Assembly (NCBI GenBank): GCA_965242965.1
Contig: OZ251518.1
Location: forward strand, 64,001 to 128,000
Direction: 5' to 3'
DNA length: 64,000 bases
Source of the DNA: Candidatus Poribacteria bacterium
GTDB taxonomy: Bacteria; Poribacteria; WGA-4E; WGA-3G
How positions within the stretch are numbered: the stretch's first letter is position 1; each line of letters begins with the position of its first letter. Below, one piece after another: positions 37,121 through 47,158 of this stretch. The translations under genes were made by a program, and so were the position numbers. Under the pieces are notes generated by a model, which worked only from the letters and a program-made list of their open reading frames with translations, was not told where the DNA came from and did no database searches.

Positions 37121-39340
37121 ATGAAAAAATTGACGATTTTAACTTTGATCTTGGTGTTAACTGCCTTGGTGCAGTTGACTGCGCCGCCTGTGCAAGCAGA
37201 GGTTTCTATTCCGGATGCCGAGTTAGCAGCGGTTATCCGCGAAACCCTTGAGTTGCCGGCAGGTGCAGCAATCACGGCGGATGCGATGCGCAATTTAAGG
37301 GGACTTCATGCAAGTAGCCGTGGGATAGCAGATCTCACCGGGCTGGAGCATGCAGTCAACTTGGAGACGCTGAATCTCTACGACACCGATGTATCGGATG
37401 TCTCTGCGCTGGCAAACCTCACCAACTTGAAGACGCTGGTGCTTGACAGCACCGATGTATCGAATGTCTCTGCACTCGCAAACCTCACAAACTTGGAGTG
37501 GCTGGAGCTCGACAGCACCGATGTATCGGATGTCTCTGCACTCGCAAACCTTACAAACTTGGAGTGGCTGTGGCTCAACGACACCGATGTATCGGATGTC
37601 TCTGCACTCGCAAACCTTACAAACTTGGAGACGCTGAATCTCTACGACACCGATGTATCGGATGTCTCTGCACTCGCAAACCTTACAAACTTGGAGACGC
37701 TGAATCTCTACGACACCGATGTATCAAATGTCTCTGCACTGGCAACCCTCACAAACTTGGAGTGGCTGGAGCTCGACAGCACCGATGTATCGGATGTCTC
37801 TGCACTCGCAAACCTCACAAACTTGGAGTGGCTGGAGCTCGACAGCACCGATGTATCGGATGTCTCTGCACTCGCAAACCTTACAAACTTGGAGTGGCTG
37901 TGGCTCAACGACACCGATGTATCGGATGTCTCTGCACTCGCAAACCTCACAAACTTGAAGACGCTGAATCTCTACGACACCGATGTATCGGATGTCTCTG
38001 CACTCGCAAACCTTACAAACTTGAAGACGCTGAATCTCTACGACACCGATGTATCGGATGTCTCTGCACTCGCAAACCTTACAAACTTGGAGTGGCTGGA
38101 TCTCGACAGCACCGATGTATCGGATGTCTCTGCACTCGCAAACCTTACAAACTTGGAGTGGCTGGAGCTCGACAGCACCGATGTATCGGATGTCTCTGCA
38201 CTCGCAAACCTTACAAACTTGGAGTGGCTGTGGCTCAACGACACCGATGTATCGGATGTCTCTGCGCTGGCCAACCTCACAAACTTGGAGACGCTGTGGC
38301 TCGACGGCTGCCCGCTAAGTTACGCCTCCATCCACACGCATATTCCCGCCTTGCAGGCGATGGGGACACGGGTGGAATTTGACAATGTCGCGCATCCCGC
38401 CTTGTTGAAAGTTTCTGGGGATAGGCAAGAAGGCGCGGGTGCGACAGCATTGTCAAACCCTTTTGTCGTGGAGGCGATGGATGAGCGCGGTAAGCCGATA
38501 GTCGGCAGGGCAATCGAATTTGATATCCTTGGTGGCGGTGGGAGTCTCAGTGCTGAAACGGTGGAAACAGATGCACAAGGGCAAGCAGGAGTATCTCTCA
38601 CGCTTGGTAACTCTCAAGGCGCGAATAAAGTCAGGGCATCTTCGGAGGGGATTCGGTCTTGGGTGTTGTTTACTGCTGTTGGGACAGAAGAGGCTCCGCA
38701 ACTCGTCGCGGATGTGAATGGGGACGGTGTCGTCAACGTTCAGGATTTGGTGCTGGTTGCCGGTCAGTTCGGGAAAACGGGTGAGCACGTTGCGGATGTG
38801 AATGGCGATGGTGTCGTTAACATTCAGGATCTGGTGTTGGTTGCGGGTGCGTTTGGGGCGGGTGCGGCTGCACCGTCGGTGCGTGCGGTTTCGCGGGCGC
38901 GTCTTACAGTATCGGATGTGGAGGGATGGTTGATTGAAGCGCGGGGGTTGATTCGTTCGGGTTCGGGGGATGCATCGAGACCGGGAGGTCTCTCCTACGG
39001 GCGTGGGATTGCGGTGTTGGAGCGGCTGCTTGCCAGCCTCATGCCAACGGAGACGGTGCTGCTTGCGAATTATCCGAATCCGTTTAATCCGGAGACGTGG
39101 ATTCCGTATCAATTGTCGGAACCTGCCGAGGTGACGGTGACGATTTATGCGGCGAATGGTGCGGTGGTTCGGATGTTAGATATCGGGCATCGGCGTGCGG
39201 GGAGTTATGAGAGTCGAGGTCGTGCGGCGTATTGGGATGGCCGGAATGCGGCGGGTGAGTCTGTTGCAAGTGGTGTCTATTTCTATATGTTGTCGGCGGG
39301 AGAGTTTTCTGCGACGCGGAAGATGGTGATTCGGAAGTAA
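37121..39340 (+). CDS. Secreted internalin-like LRR protein with Ig-like, dockerin-like and FlgD/T9SS-like C-terminal domains
   Basis: Signal peptide MKKLTILTL, IPDAELAAVI cap, 14 x 22-aa LRR, DVNGDGVVNVQDL x2, LLANYPNPFNPETWIPYQL; AAGGAG RBS. Confidence 0.92.
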   Translation: MKKLTILTLILVLTALVQLTAPPVQAEVSIPDAELAAVIRETLELPAGAAITADAMRNLRGLHASSRGIADLTGLEHAVNLETLNLYDTDVSDVSALANLTNLKTLVLDSTDVSNVSALANLTNLEWLELDSTDVSDVSALANLTNLEWLWLNDTDVSDVSALANLTNLETLNLYDTDVSDVSALANLTNLETLNLYDTDVSNVSALATLTNLEWLELDSTDVSDVSALANLTNLEWLELDSTDVSDVSALANLTNLEWLWLNDTDVSDVSALANLTNLKTLNLYDTDVSDVSALANLTNLKTLNLYDTDVSDVSALANLTNLEWLDLDSTDVSDVSALANLTNLEWLELDSTDVSDVSALANLTNLEWLWLNDTDVSDVSALANLTNLETLWLDGCPLSYASIHTHIPALQAMGTRVEFDNVAHPALLKVSGDRQEGAGATALSNPFVVEAMDERGKPIVGRAIEFDILGGGGSLSAETVETDAQGQAGVSLTLGNSQGANKVRASSEGIRSWVLFTAVGTEEAPQLVADVNGDGVVNVQDLVLVAGQFGKTGEHVADVNGDGVVNIQDLVLVAGAFGAGAAAPSVRAVSRARLTVSDVEGWLIEARGLIRSGSGDASRPGGLSYGRGIAVLERLLASLMPTETVLLANYPNPFNPETWIPYQLSEPAEVTVTIYAANGAVVRMLDIGHRRAGSYESRGRAAYWDGRNAAGESVASGVYFYMLSAGEFSATRKMVIRK
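37361..38284 (+). repeat. 14 near-identical 66-bp LRR coding repeats
   Basis: Constant ACCGATGTATCGGATGTCTCTGCACTCGCAAACCT core with a variable first third. Confidence 0.97.
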
Positions 39341-39848
39341 AAAACCGTATCCGTTCATCGTAGGGCGGTGGGAAAACCTGTCCCTCGCCGTGCATCGAGC
39401 CCGTCTTCTATACCGTAGGGCGAGGGCCTGTCCCTCGCCATGCACCGGTCTTAACAGGAAACGTCTGTAGTCTCTGGGTTGCGGGCGTTTTTCGCCGAGG
39501 TTGAGAGATCGCGGGGGACAGGCCCCCGCGCTACGGTAATAAAGATGATTTGCCTCGCCAAGAGATCCTAATCCTGTAAATCGTATAAATCTTGTAAATC
39601 CTGCTTCAGACAATTAAGATCGCGGGGGACAGGCCCCCACGCTACGGTAATAAAGAAGATCTTGACCCGTTCGGGAGCAGGCGCTCCCGAACTACAGTCA
39701 CTGGGGCACGCGGCAGATCGCGGGGGAAACCCGCTCGCATGCGCGTGTGGCATGCGAGGGCCCCCGCGCTACGGTAAGAAAGATGATTTGCTTCGCCAAG
39801 AGGTCCTAATCTTGTAAATCGTGTAAATCTTGGAAATCCTGCTTCAGT
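39341..39848. repeat. REP / 9-mer composite cluster between convergent genes
   Basis: Multiple GTAG hairpins and AATCTTGTAAATCCTG repeats. Confidence 0.88.
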
Positions 39849-39880
39849 CCGTCATCTACGTCAATACCTACGTTCTTGGT

Positions 39881-41491
39881 TCAACAAAGAGGAAGCGTGA
39901 TGACAAACGCCGTGCCGACAGCGAGAGTAGCATCTACCTCAATACTCCCTCCATGCTCTTCAACGATGTTTCGGCTAATGTAAAGCCCGAGCCCGGTGCC
40001 TTTCTGTTTCGTCGTATAAAACGGATGGAAGAGCCGCTGCACATCGTCAGGTGCAATCCCAGGTCCTGTGTCCTGCACGCGAATGCACACCATTTCCTCA
40101 ATATCCCGATATTCTGTCTGAATTCTCAAGCACCCGCCGGATGGCATCGCTTCGATGGCGTTGTAAAAGAGATTCAGCAGAACCTGGGTTACTCCATCTG
40201 CGTTTACATTGACAGCGGGATATTTTGGATTTCGCGACGCGTCCAGCGGATGTTTTTGGTGGTTTCCTATCTCTTCACTAGTGCGCTGCTTATATTCTGT
40301 CACCACCTCAATAGCATGCCGTTCTAACTCGGCGCGGCAAATAGCAAGACTGTCCTCAAGCAGTTTATGGATATCGCACGGTTTCGCGAATTCCATCGCC
40401 GGTTTGCTAAACGCAAGCAGCTGCTCAACGAAACGGTTCAGCCTGTCTACTTCTTTGATGATAATCTCCGAATACCCACGAATTTCCTCTTTCTCTCCAT
40501 CTCCTGTCCCCGTCGCCACTGCGGCAGTCTGCTCCAGAAGTTGCGTTCCTAATCGGATACTGCCGAGCGGGTTTCGCACTTCGTGTGCTATTGTCCGCAC
40601 GAGTCGTCCGAGTGCCGCCAAACGTTCAGATTCTACGAGCACGTCAATTGTCTGTTGAATTTTGACGCGCTGTGCGATGATAGAGGCGATAATTGTCAAC
40701 AACCGCCTGTCATCCTCCGCTGAAAATTCGTCCGATGCCTTGTCAATTGTCAGCGTGCCGACGACATGCTCTTCCACGATGACAGGGATGCACCAGAAGG
40801 CGATAGCATCTTTGGATTCAACGTTTTCGGGTTCAAAGAGTTTGACGTAACTTCGCGGCAGCCGCGTCTGTGGCACCCCCATCGCTTTGCCGGAGGCAAG
40901 CACCCGTTGCTGGATATCCTCTATATGTGCATCAGTGCCCCGTTTCATTTCCGCGGGGGTGAGCCCTAAAACGACTTCGGTGGATGCCACTACCTTTCCC
41001 TCTTGATAGAGATGCAAGGCACCGCGATAGATGCCGAGTCGGTTCGAGAGTATCTCAATAATGCGCCGAAAGAGCCCCTCCAATTCAAGGTTCGCGTTCG
41101 CTGTCTGGCTCACCTGAAAAAGGGTGGACAGATCTCGCACTCGTTTTTCCAAATAGGCGTTCGCGCTGTTTATTTCGGCTAACTCTTCTCCCCGAACGCC
41201 TCGTTCTCTCCGCAGCTGCCGAATGACGCGCATTATCCCTAAAACCAGCACCGGATAGAGCAGGAGAACGATGATGCCCGCTGTTTCGGTAGGATAGAGA
41301 GCCACATAGACGATGTTGCCTATCGTTGTCATCCCAAGCAAAATCTTCTGTCCGCGCGGACTATCGTAGATAATCGCCAGCAGCATCACGCCGTAGTAAA
41401 AGTGGCTCACGGCGTGGTAATAGTGCGGCACCTCCAGCATAAACACCAGCAGGTTCGCAACAAGCACGAGAGATGTGAGAAAAAATGTCAT
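39881..41491 (-). CDS. Membrane sensor histidine kinase with NifA-like GAF domain (NtrB-type)
   Basis: N-terminal TMs, GAF (CIPVIVEEHVVGTL), IAHEVRNPL, NLFYNAIEA, DTGPGI, FYTTKQKGTGLGL. Confidence 0.92.
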   Translation of the reverse strand: MTFFLTSLVLVANLLVFMLEVPHYYHAVSHFYYGVMLLAIIYDSPRGQKILLGMTTIGNIVYVALYPTETAGIIVLLLYPVLVLGIMRVIRQLRRERGVRGEELAEINSANAYLEKRVRDLSTLFQVSQTANANLELEGLFRRIIEILSNRLGIYRGALHLYQEGKVVASTEVVLGLTPAEMKRGTDAHIEDIQQRVLASGKAMGVPQTRLPRSYVKLFEPENVESKDAIAFWCIPVIVEEHVVGTLTIDKASDEFSAEDDRRLLTIIASIIAQRVKIQQTIDVLVESERLAALGRLVRTIAHEVRNPLGSIRLGTQLLEQTAAVATGTGDGEKEEIRGYSEIIIKEVDRLNRFVEQLLAFSKPAMEFAKPCDIHKLLEDSLAICRAELERHAIEVVTEYKQRTSEEIGNHQKHPLDASRNPKYPAVNVNADGVTQVLLNLFYNAIEAMPSGGCLRIQTEYRDIEEMVCIRVQDTGPGIAPDDVQRLFHPFYTTKQKGTGLGLYISRNIVEEHGGSIEVDATLAVGTAFVITLPLC

Positions 41492-41527
41492 CTTTTTGTT
41501 TCTAGAACCCTTATCAAAGGGACATGC

Positions 41528-42157
41528 CTATTGCGAACAACGAAAAACAAAATTACGGAGCATTTTGAGGCCGACGCGCCCACTTTTCTCCAAGTGAAAT
41601 TGGGTTGCGATGAGATTCTCGTGTGCAAGCGCGCTACAAAATTCGAGCCCATACGCCGTTTTCCCGATCATTGCCTCATCTGTCTCCGGGACAGGATAGT
41701 AGGAATTGACGAAGTAAAAGTGCGCGGGATTCGGAATGCCTTCAAAAATCGGATGCGATTGCACCTGATGCACCTCGTTCCATCCAATCTGTGGGACTTT
41801 GTTAAAGGCCGATGCCGCGCTTGCATCGCTAGTCGGGAACTTTTTGACGCGTCCCGGCAAGAAACCGAGGCACTCGGTATCCTCTTCGTCGCTGTGTTCA
41901 AAGAGAATCTGGATGCCGATGCAGATGCCGAGCATCGGGGTGCCACGCCGGTAGACATCTGTCAAGACTTCGTCTAGCCCGCGCTGTCGAAGCGTCGCCA
42001 TCGTCGCTTTAGCAGCACCGACACCGGGGAAAATCACGCAGTCTGCCGCCAGAATCGTTTCGGGAACGGCGGTGATTTCGTTTGGATAACCGAGATGTGT
42101 TAAGGCGCGGGCAACGCTGGTGAGGTTGCCCGCGTCGTAGTCAATAATTGCTACCAT
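41528..42157 (-). CDS. hisH: Imidazole glycerol phosphate synthase glutaminase subunit
   Basis: IIDYDAGNLTSV, FPGVGA, LGICIGIQ, VPQIGWN, QFHLEKSG; upstream start 42196 possible. Confidence 0.93.
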   Translation of the reverse strand: MVAIIDYDAGNLTSVARALTHLGYPNEITAVPETILAADCVIFPGVGAAKATMATLRQRGLDEVLTDVYRRGTPMLGICIGIQILFEHSDEEDTECLGFLPGRVKKFPTSDASAASAFNKVPQIGWNEVHQVQSHPIFEGIPNPAHFYFVNSYYPVPETDEAMIGKTAYGLEFCSALAHENLIATQFHLEKSGRVGLKMLRNFVFRCSQ

Positions 42158-42201
42158 TTTTCCACTTGAGTTTAGGCTGTTACAAACCACGTCCACCGAA
42201 A

Positions 42202-42672
42202 CTATTGGGGCATCGCTTTGTAAAGATTCGCCATCTCAATGCCTGCGACAGCGGCTTCAAATCCCTTGTTCCCTGCCTTGATGCCAGCGCGCTCAATCGC
42301 TTGCTCTATCGTATCGGTGGTAATCACGCCGTAGACGACAGGCGTGTTCGTCTGCATCGCGACGTTTGCGATGCCTTTAGCACTCTCGCCAGCGACGTAG
42401 TCAAAATGCGGTGTCGCGCCACGGATGACAGCACCGATACAAAGCACAGCATCGTATCTACAGCTTTCGGCGAGGCGTTTGGCAACCCCCGGAATTTCAA
42501 AAGCACCGGGTGTCCAAAACACGTCAATATCGTCAAGGTTCACGCCGTGGCGTTTTAGGGCATCTAGCGCGCCAGCGAGAAGTTTTTCGGTGACAAAGTT
42601 GTTGAACCGACTCACGACAATGCCGAATTTAAGTCCATCGCCGTTGAGGGTTCCTTCGTAAACATGGGGCAT
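42202..42672 (-). CDS. ribH: 6,7-dimethyl-8-ribityllumazine synthase
   Basis: [32 protein letters not shown]. Confidence 0.97.
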   Translation of the reverse strand: MPHVYEGTLNGDGLKFGIVVSRFNNFVTEKLLAGALDALKRHGVNLDDIDVFWTPGAFEIPGVAKRLAESCRYDAVLCIGAVIRGATPHFDYVAGESAKGIANVAMQTNTPVVYGVITTDTIEQAIERAGIKAGNKGFEAAVAGIEMANLYKAMPQ

Positions 42673-42714
42673 AGTTATGTGATGCTCCTAAAGGTTATCT
42701 GCTATCAACGGGAA

Positions 42715-43117
42715 AAAAACCGTCTCCGTTCACCGTAGGGCGAGGGCCTGTCCCTCGCCATGCTGCGGTCTGGGTTGCGGGCGTTTTTCGCCGAGGTCGG
42801 TAGATCGCGGGGGACAGGCCCCCGCGCTACGGTGAAAATAACGCCACCCCTTCACGTAGGGCGAGGGCCTGTCCCTCGCCATGCTGCGGTCTTAACAGGA
42901 AACATCCGGGGTCTCTGGGCTGCGGGCGTTTTTCGCCTCGGTTGAGAGATCGCGGGGGACAGGCCCCCGCGCTACGGTAGAAAGATGATTTTCCTCGCCA
43001 AGAGGTCCTAATCCTATAAATCTTGGAAATCTTGGAAATCCTGATTCAGACTATTAAGATTGCAGGGGAAACCCGCTCGGATGCGCGTGTGGCATCCGAG
43101 GGCCCCCGCGCTACGGT
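42715..43117. repeat. REP cluster between ribBA and ribH
   Basis: Paired inverted GTAG hairpins, 9-mer repeats, loop-expanded variant. Confidence 0.88.
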
Positions 43118-43120
43118 TAA

Positions 43121-43149
43121 ATAATAGCATTTTTCAGCGTATTCGTCAA
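43121..43149 (-). promoter_or_regulatory. Internal sigma70 promoter upstream of ribH
   Basis: TTGACG-N17-TATTAT with extended -10 TG. Confidence 0.55.
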
Positions 43150-43166
43150 GAAAAATGAATTTGGCA

Positions 43167-44396
43167 CTACTCCTCATGCAAAAGGAGATGCCCCAATTTC
43201 GTCCGCTTCGTCTGCAAATATGCGCGGTTAAAGGGATTCGGGCTCGTCTGCAAGGGAACGCGCTCCACAATTTCCAAGCCGTAGCCTCCCAAACCCTTAA
43301 CCTTCTGCGGGTTGTTCGTAAGCAGGCGCATCTTTTTCACGCCGAGGTCTACGAGGATTTGCGCGCCAATGCCGTAATCACGAAGATCTGGGGGGAAACC
43401 GAGGCGTTCGTTCGCTTCAACAGTATCCAATCCTTCGTTATCCTGCAACTGATAGGCGCGGAGTTTCTCCTTGAGCCCCATGCCTCTCCCTTCTTGTCGC
43501 ATATAGAGGACAATACCCCTGCCTTCCCTCTCAATCATCTCAAGCGCAAGTTGGAGTTGTGCGCCGCAATCGCATCGGAGTGAACCGAACACGTCACCGG
43601 TGAGGCATTGCGAATGCGCCCGCACTAACACCGGTGCTTCATCGGCAACGTCACCTTTCGTCAGCGCAATGTGCGTTTTCGGCATATCCGTGCTCCCCTC
43701 AGGGATGTCGCTGCTCTCGTAAGCATAGAGTTTGAACTGCCCGTGTTCTGTGGGGATGTCTGCCGTCGCGACCCGCTTGACAAGCGTCTCCGTGCGCCGT
43801 CGATACGCAATCAGATCAGCGATGGTGATAATCTTCAGGTGATGCTTTTCTGCGAATTGCATGAGTTCCGGCACGCGCGCCATTGAACCGTCATCGTCCA
43901 GCACTTCGCAAAGCACACCGGCGGGATAGAGTCCGGCGAGTCGGGCAAGATCTACGGTGGCTTCGGTATGTCCGGCGCGGCGAAGAACGCCTCCCGGTTT
44001 CGCCTCTAACGGGAAAATGTGGCCTGGGCGCACAAAATCGGCGGGGACAGCCGTGTCATCGACGAATTTTCGGATGGTATAGGCGCGCTCCTGTGCAGAA
44101 ATGCCGGTTGACACTTCCTTCGCGTCAATCGTCACCGTAAACGCTGTCTGCATCTGGGCGGTATTGTCCACTACCATCGGTTGGAGTTGCAACTCAGCGA
44201 GGCGTTCGGAACAGGTCGGGAGGCAGATGAGTCCTCTGCCGTATGTCGCCATGAAGTTAATAGATTCGGCGGTGACTTTTTCGGCCGCCATCACCAGGTC
44301 GCCTTCGTTCTCCCGGTCTGGTTCATCGACGACGATGATGATTTCGCCATTCTGAATGGCAACAAGGGCATCTGGAATTGTGCTAAAAGTTCCCAT
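43167..44396 (-). CDS. ribBA: Bifunctional DHBP synthase / GTP cyclohydrolase II
   Basis: [50 protein letters not shown]. Confidence 0.97.
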   Translation of the reverse strand: MGTFSTIPDALVAIQNGEIIIVVDEPDRENEGDLVMAAEKVTAESINFMATYGRGLICLPTCSERLAELQLQPMVVDNTAQMQTAFTVTIDAKEVSTGISAQERAYTIRKFVDDTAVPADFVRPGHIFPLEAKPGGVLRRAGHTEATVDLARLAGLYPAGVLCEVLDDDGSMARVPELMQFAEKHHLKIITIADLIAYRRRTETLVKRVATADIPTEHGQFKLYAYESSDIPEGSTDMPKTHIALTKGDVADEAPVLVRAHSQCLTGDVFGSLRCDCGAQLQLALEMIEREGRGIVLYMRQEGRGMGLKEKLRAYQLQDNEGLDTVEANERLGFPPDLRDYGIGAQILVDLGVKKMRLLTNNPQKVKGLGGYGLEIVERVPLQTSPNPFNRAYLQTKRTKLGHLLLHEE

Positions 44397-44462
44397 GTTT
44401 TTGGTATTTTTTGTCTCTTTCTTACGAACAATGTGCAGTGCGTTGCGCAGTGCGTTGCACCG

Positions 44463-45104
44463 TTATGAACTGAATCCGTGCCGTGCCAAGAAGGCTCTAT
44501 CGATACCGGCGGTGTCGTTTTTTAAGAGCAACGTCTCAACGTAACGTGCAAGGAGATCGACTTCAATGTTGACACGCGCTCCGTTGTGTTTCGTTCCGAG
44601 CGTCGTCACCTGTTTCGTATGCGGAATCAGCGCAACTTCAAACCCATCGGCGACGACGTTGGCGATGGTTAAGCTGACTCCGTCAACGGCGACGGAGCCT
44701 TTGTAGGCAATGTAGCGTCTCGCCTTTTCAGAGAGCGTCACCTGCATGCGTGTAGAGGTGCCTTCATCCTTCCATCCGCTGATTATTCCCACTTCGTCAA
44801 CATGCGCGAGGACGAGATGGCCGCCCAGCCGGTCCTGCAGTCGGAGGGCGCGTTCAAGGTTTACCTGTTCGCCGGACTTTCGTTCACCTAGCGTCGTGCG
44901 GCGCAAGGTTTCGGCAGAGATATCGGCAAGGAACGTGTCAGCGGTGCACGCGCGCACGGTGAGGCAGGCACCATCAACGGCGATACTGTCGCCTATTTTT
45001 GCATCGGTAAGGACAGTGTGTGCCTGAATTTCAAGCGTCGCGCCTTGCGAGTCGCGCCGGAGGCGTATGACGGTTCCGAGTTCTTCAACGATTCCGGTAA
45101 ACAT
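44463..45104 (-). CDS. ribE: Riboflavin synthase (alpha chain)
   Basis: MFTGIVE, GDSIAVDGACLTV, VNLERAL, KGSVAVDGVSLT. Confidence 0.97.
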   Translation of the reverse strand: MFTGIVEELGTVIRLRRDSQGATLEIQAHTVLTDAKIGDSIAVDGACLTVRACTADTFLADISAETLRRTTLGERKSGEQVNLERALRLQDRLGGHLVLAHVDEVGIISGWKDEGTSTRMQVTLSEKARRYIAYKGSVAVDGVSLTIANVVADGFEVALIPHTKQVTTLGTKHNGARVNIEVDLLARYVETLLLKNDTAGIDRAFLARHGFSS

Positions 45105-45123
45105 TTTTTCGTATTTCGCGAGG

Positions 45124-45321
45124 CATGGGCGAGGGACAGGCCCTCGCCCTACGGTAATGCGTGGCGTTTTTTCACCGTAGCGCGGGGGCCTGTCCCCCGC
45201 GATCGTTGGATTACGCGGACGATGGCGAGGGAAACCCAGGCCCCCGCGCTACGGACGGTGTCCATGATTACATTTATGCCTTAGTTTGCACGTTCGCGGG
45301 GGACAGGCCCCCGCGCTACGG
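45124..45321. repeat. REP cluster between ribD and ribE
   Basis: Four GTAG hairpin copies. Confidence 0.85.
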
Positions 45322-45327
45322 ACGTTG

Positions 45328-46446
45328 TCAATAGGCCTTTGAGAGATATCCTTGTATTAAAATGTCGCCATCGCCATTTTCCACGGGCATTACGGTGACG
45401 TTATGCAACCTCGGCGCGTCTGCCAAAGCGAAAATTCCTTCGCCACCGAGCGGTCCCGGGGCATCCGCGCCGCCGATAAGTTTCGGTGCAACAAAACAGA
45501 GGACCTTATCCACAACCCCAGCGGCGATTGCGGCGGCGTTCACTTCCCCACCGCCTTCTATCAGGACGCTTGTTATTTCACGCGTGCCAAGCGTCAACAT
45601 AAGCGCGTTGATACAGACGCGGTCCTGCTTCGCTGGCACAACGATGACATCAGCTCCCGCGCTTTTCAAAGCAGCGACGTTTTCCGCCGGTGCCTGCGGC
45701 GTAACCGCAACGATGAGGGCTGCGGAACTCTCAACATTGAAGACGTTCGCATCCGTGGGTGTGCGCCCGCGCGAATCTAGCACAATGCGCGTCGCATCTT
45801 TGCCTTTGCGGTGCGCGAGACGCGTCGTCAGCGCAGGATTGTCGCGCAGGACAGTGCCCATGCCGACGAGAATTGCGTCCACTTCATCACGAATCTCATG
45901 CACACTCTGGCGTGATGCTTCGGAGGTAATCCAGCGCGATTCTCCGGTGGCAGTGGCGATTTTTCCATCAAGGCTCATCGCTGTCTTGAGGATGACAAAG
46001 GGCTGTCCAGTCTGGACGTATTTTCGATGCACCTCATTGAGTTGCGCCGCCTCTTCGGCACATATTCCGACGTTCACAGAGATGCCCGCCATTTCTAACT
46101 GCTGAATGCCTTTACCGGCAACTTTGGGGTTTGCATCAACTTCTGCGATGTAAACCTGCGCGATGCCCGCCTGTATCAGCGCATCCGTGCAGGGCGGCGT
46201 GCGTCCCCAATGGCAACACGGTTCAAGGTTCACGTAGAGGGTCCCGTCTTTCGCGGCTTCCCCGGCAGCTTGTAGCGCGTCAATCTCTGCGTGCGGTCCG
46301 CCGGCTTTCTGATGATACCCTTCGCCGACAATTTGTCCCGCTTTCACGATAACTGCGCCGACGAGGGGATTTGGGCTCGTGCTGCCTTTGCCCATTTTGG
46401 CTAATGTCAGCGCGCGCCGCATAAACGCTATATGTGCTTCATCCAT
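45328..46446 (-). CDS. ribD: Bifunctional pyrimidine deaminase/reductase
   Basis: PNPLVGAV, HAE, LEPCCHWGRTPPC, SLDGKIA, IEGGG. Confidence 0.97.
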   Translation of the reverse strand: MDEAHIAFMRRALTLAKMGKGSTSPNPLVGAVIVKAGQIVGEGYHQKAGGPHAEIDALQAAGEAAKDGTLYVNLEPCCHWGRTPPCTDALIQAGIAQVYIAEVDANPKVAGKGIQQLEMAGISVNVGICAEEAAQLNEVHRKYVQTGQPFVILKTAMSLDGKIATATGESRWITSEASRQSVHEIRDEVDAILVGMGTVLRDNPALTTRLAHRKGKDATRIVLDSRGRTPTDANVFNVESSAALIVAVTPQAPAENVAALKSAGADVIVVPAKQDRVCINALMLTLGTREITSVLIEGGGEVNAAAIAAGVVDKVLCFVAPKLIGGADAPGPLGGEGIFALADAPRLHNVTVMPVENGDGDILIQGYLSKAY

Positions 46447-46481
46447 CGCGATGTGTTACCTTCAATTGCTGTGCTGATAGT

Positions 46482-46510
46482 AGTATACCACATTTTCGTT
46501 AAAAATTCAA
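46482..46510 (-). promoter_or_regulatory. sigma70 promoter for rib operon
   Basis: TTGAAT-N17-TATACT with extended -10 TG. Confidence 0.55.
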
Positions 46511-46537
46511 AATGTTTTTTGTAACGAATGCGGCATA

Positions 46538-47158
46538 CTAGTTTTTCAGGTTATCTTCGCCGACGCAGGCTTTAAGTCCCGCTACAAATATCTGAAAACT
46601 CCGCGAACGATTGCGGCTAGGCTCCATGTGCGGCGCGATCTTTTGTGCCACTACCCTTTTGGGTAAAAAGTTCGGGTAGTCTTGTTTTAGCAAACGCCCA
46701 AGGGATTCCGACGTGCCTCCGGTGATTGCATCAGGATCCCGATATTTTGCCCTGCGATGAAAGGTTTTTGAGACACCGGGATAAGCTTTCCTCAGTGCTT
46801 CAACGTCTCCAAAAAACCATGCCTCTAACTCTTCGACCACCAACCGATTGACGACGCGAAAATCGCCTTGGGAATTCGGATGGGATTTCGTCGAAAATCC
46901 TGCCTCGCGCGCAGCGCGTTCTAACTGCGCCTTCAGTTTTTGGCAATCCTGCCGGTCTTCATCAATAAGCACAAAGATTCGCCAGTCGACAGGCAGCCGG
47001 CGGTAACCCCTCAGTCTCAAGGGCAACTTTTTTAACAGGTCTCGTTTGCCTTCAAAGACATGGAAGTGAAAACTGACATTGTCGGCAAGAATCTTCGGCA
47101 AGATAGCCGTTAACGCCGCTTCAGCAGAGGGTTCCTCCAATAGGAATTCAATGTGCAT
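46538..47158 (-). CDS. DUF4276-like (TOPRIM-related) protein
   Basis: [39 protein letters not shown]; overlaps ATPase stop. Confidence 0.8.
   Translation of the reverse strand: MHIEFLLEEPSAEAALTAILPKILADNVSFHFHVFEGKRDLLKKLPLRLRGYRRLPVDWRIFVLIDEDRQDCQKLKAQLERAAREAGFSTKSHPNSQGDFRVVNRLVVEELEAWFFGDVEALRKAYPGVSKTFHRRAKYRDPDAITGGTSESLGRLLKQDYPNFLPKRVVAQKIAPHMEPSRNRSRSFQIFVAGLKACVGEDNLKN

Noticed and set aside
37361-38284. CRISPR array or DGR variable region
   Set aside because: In-frame coding LRR repeats; differences are not adenine-specific; no reverse transcriptase or template repeat in the window
37498-39112. ORFs 37498-38382 (+, Cys-rich) and 38453-39112 (-)
   Set aside because: Alternative-frame and antisense shadows of the LRR gene
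46447-46537. FMN riboswitch upstream of ribD
   Set aside because: Intergenic region is ~90 nt, mostly promoter, with no RFN motifs
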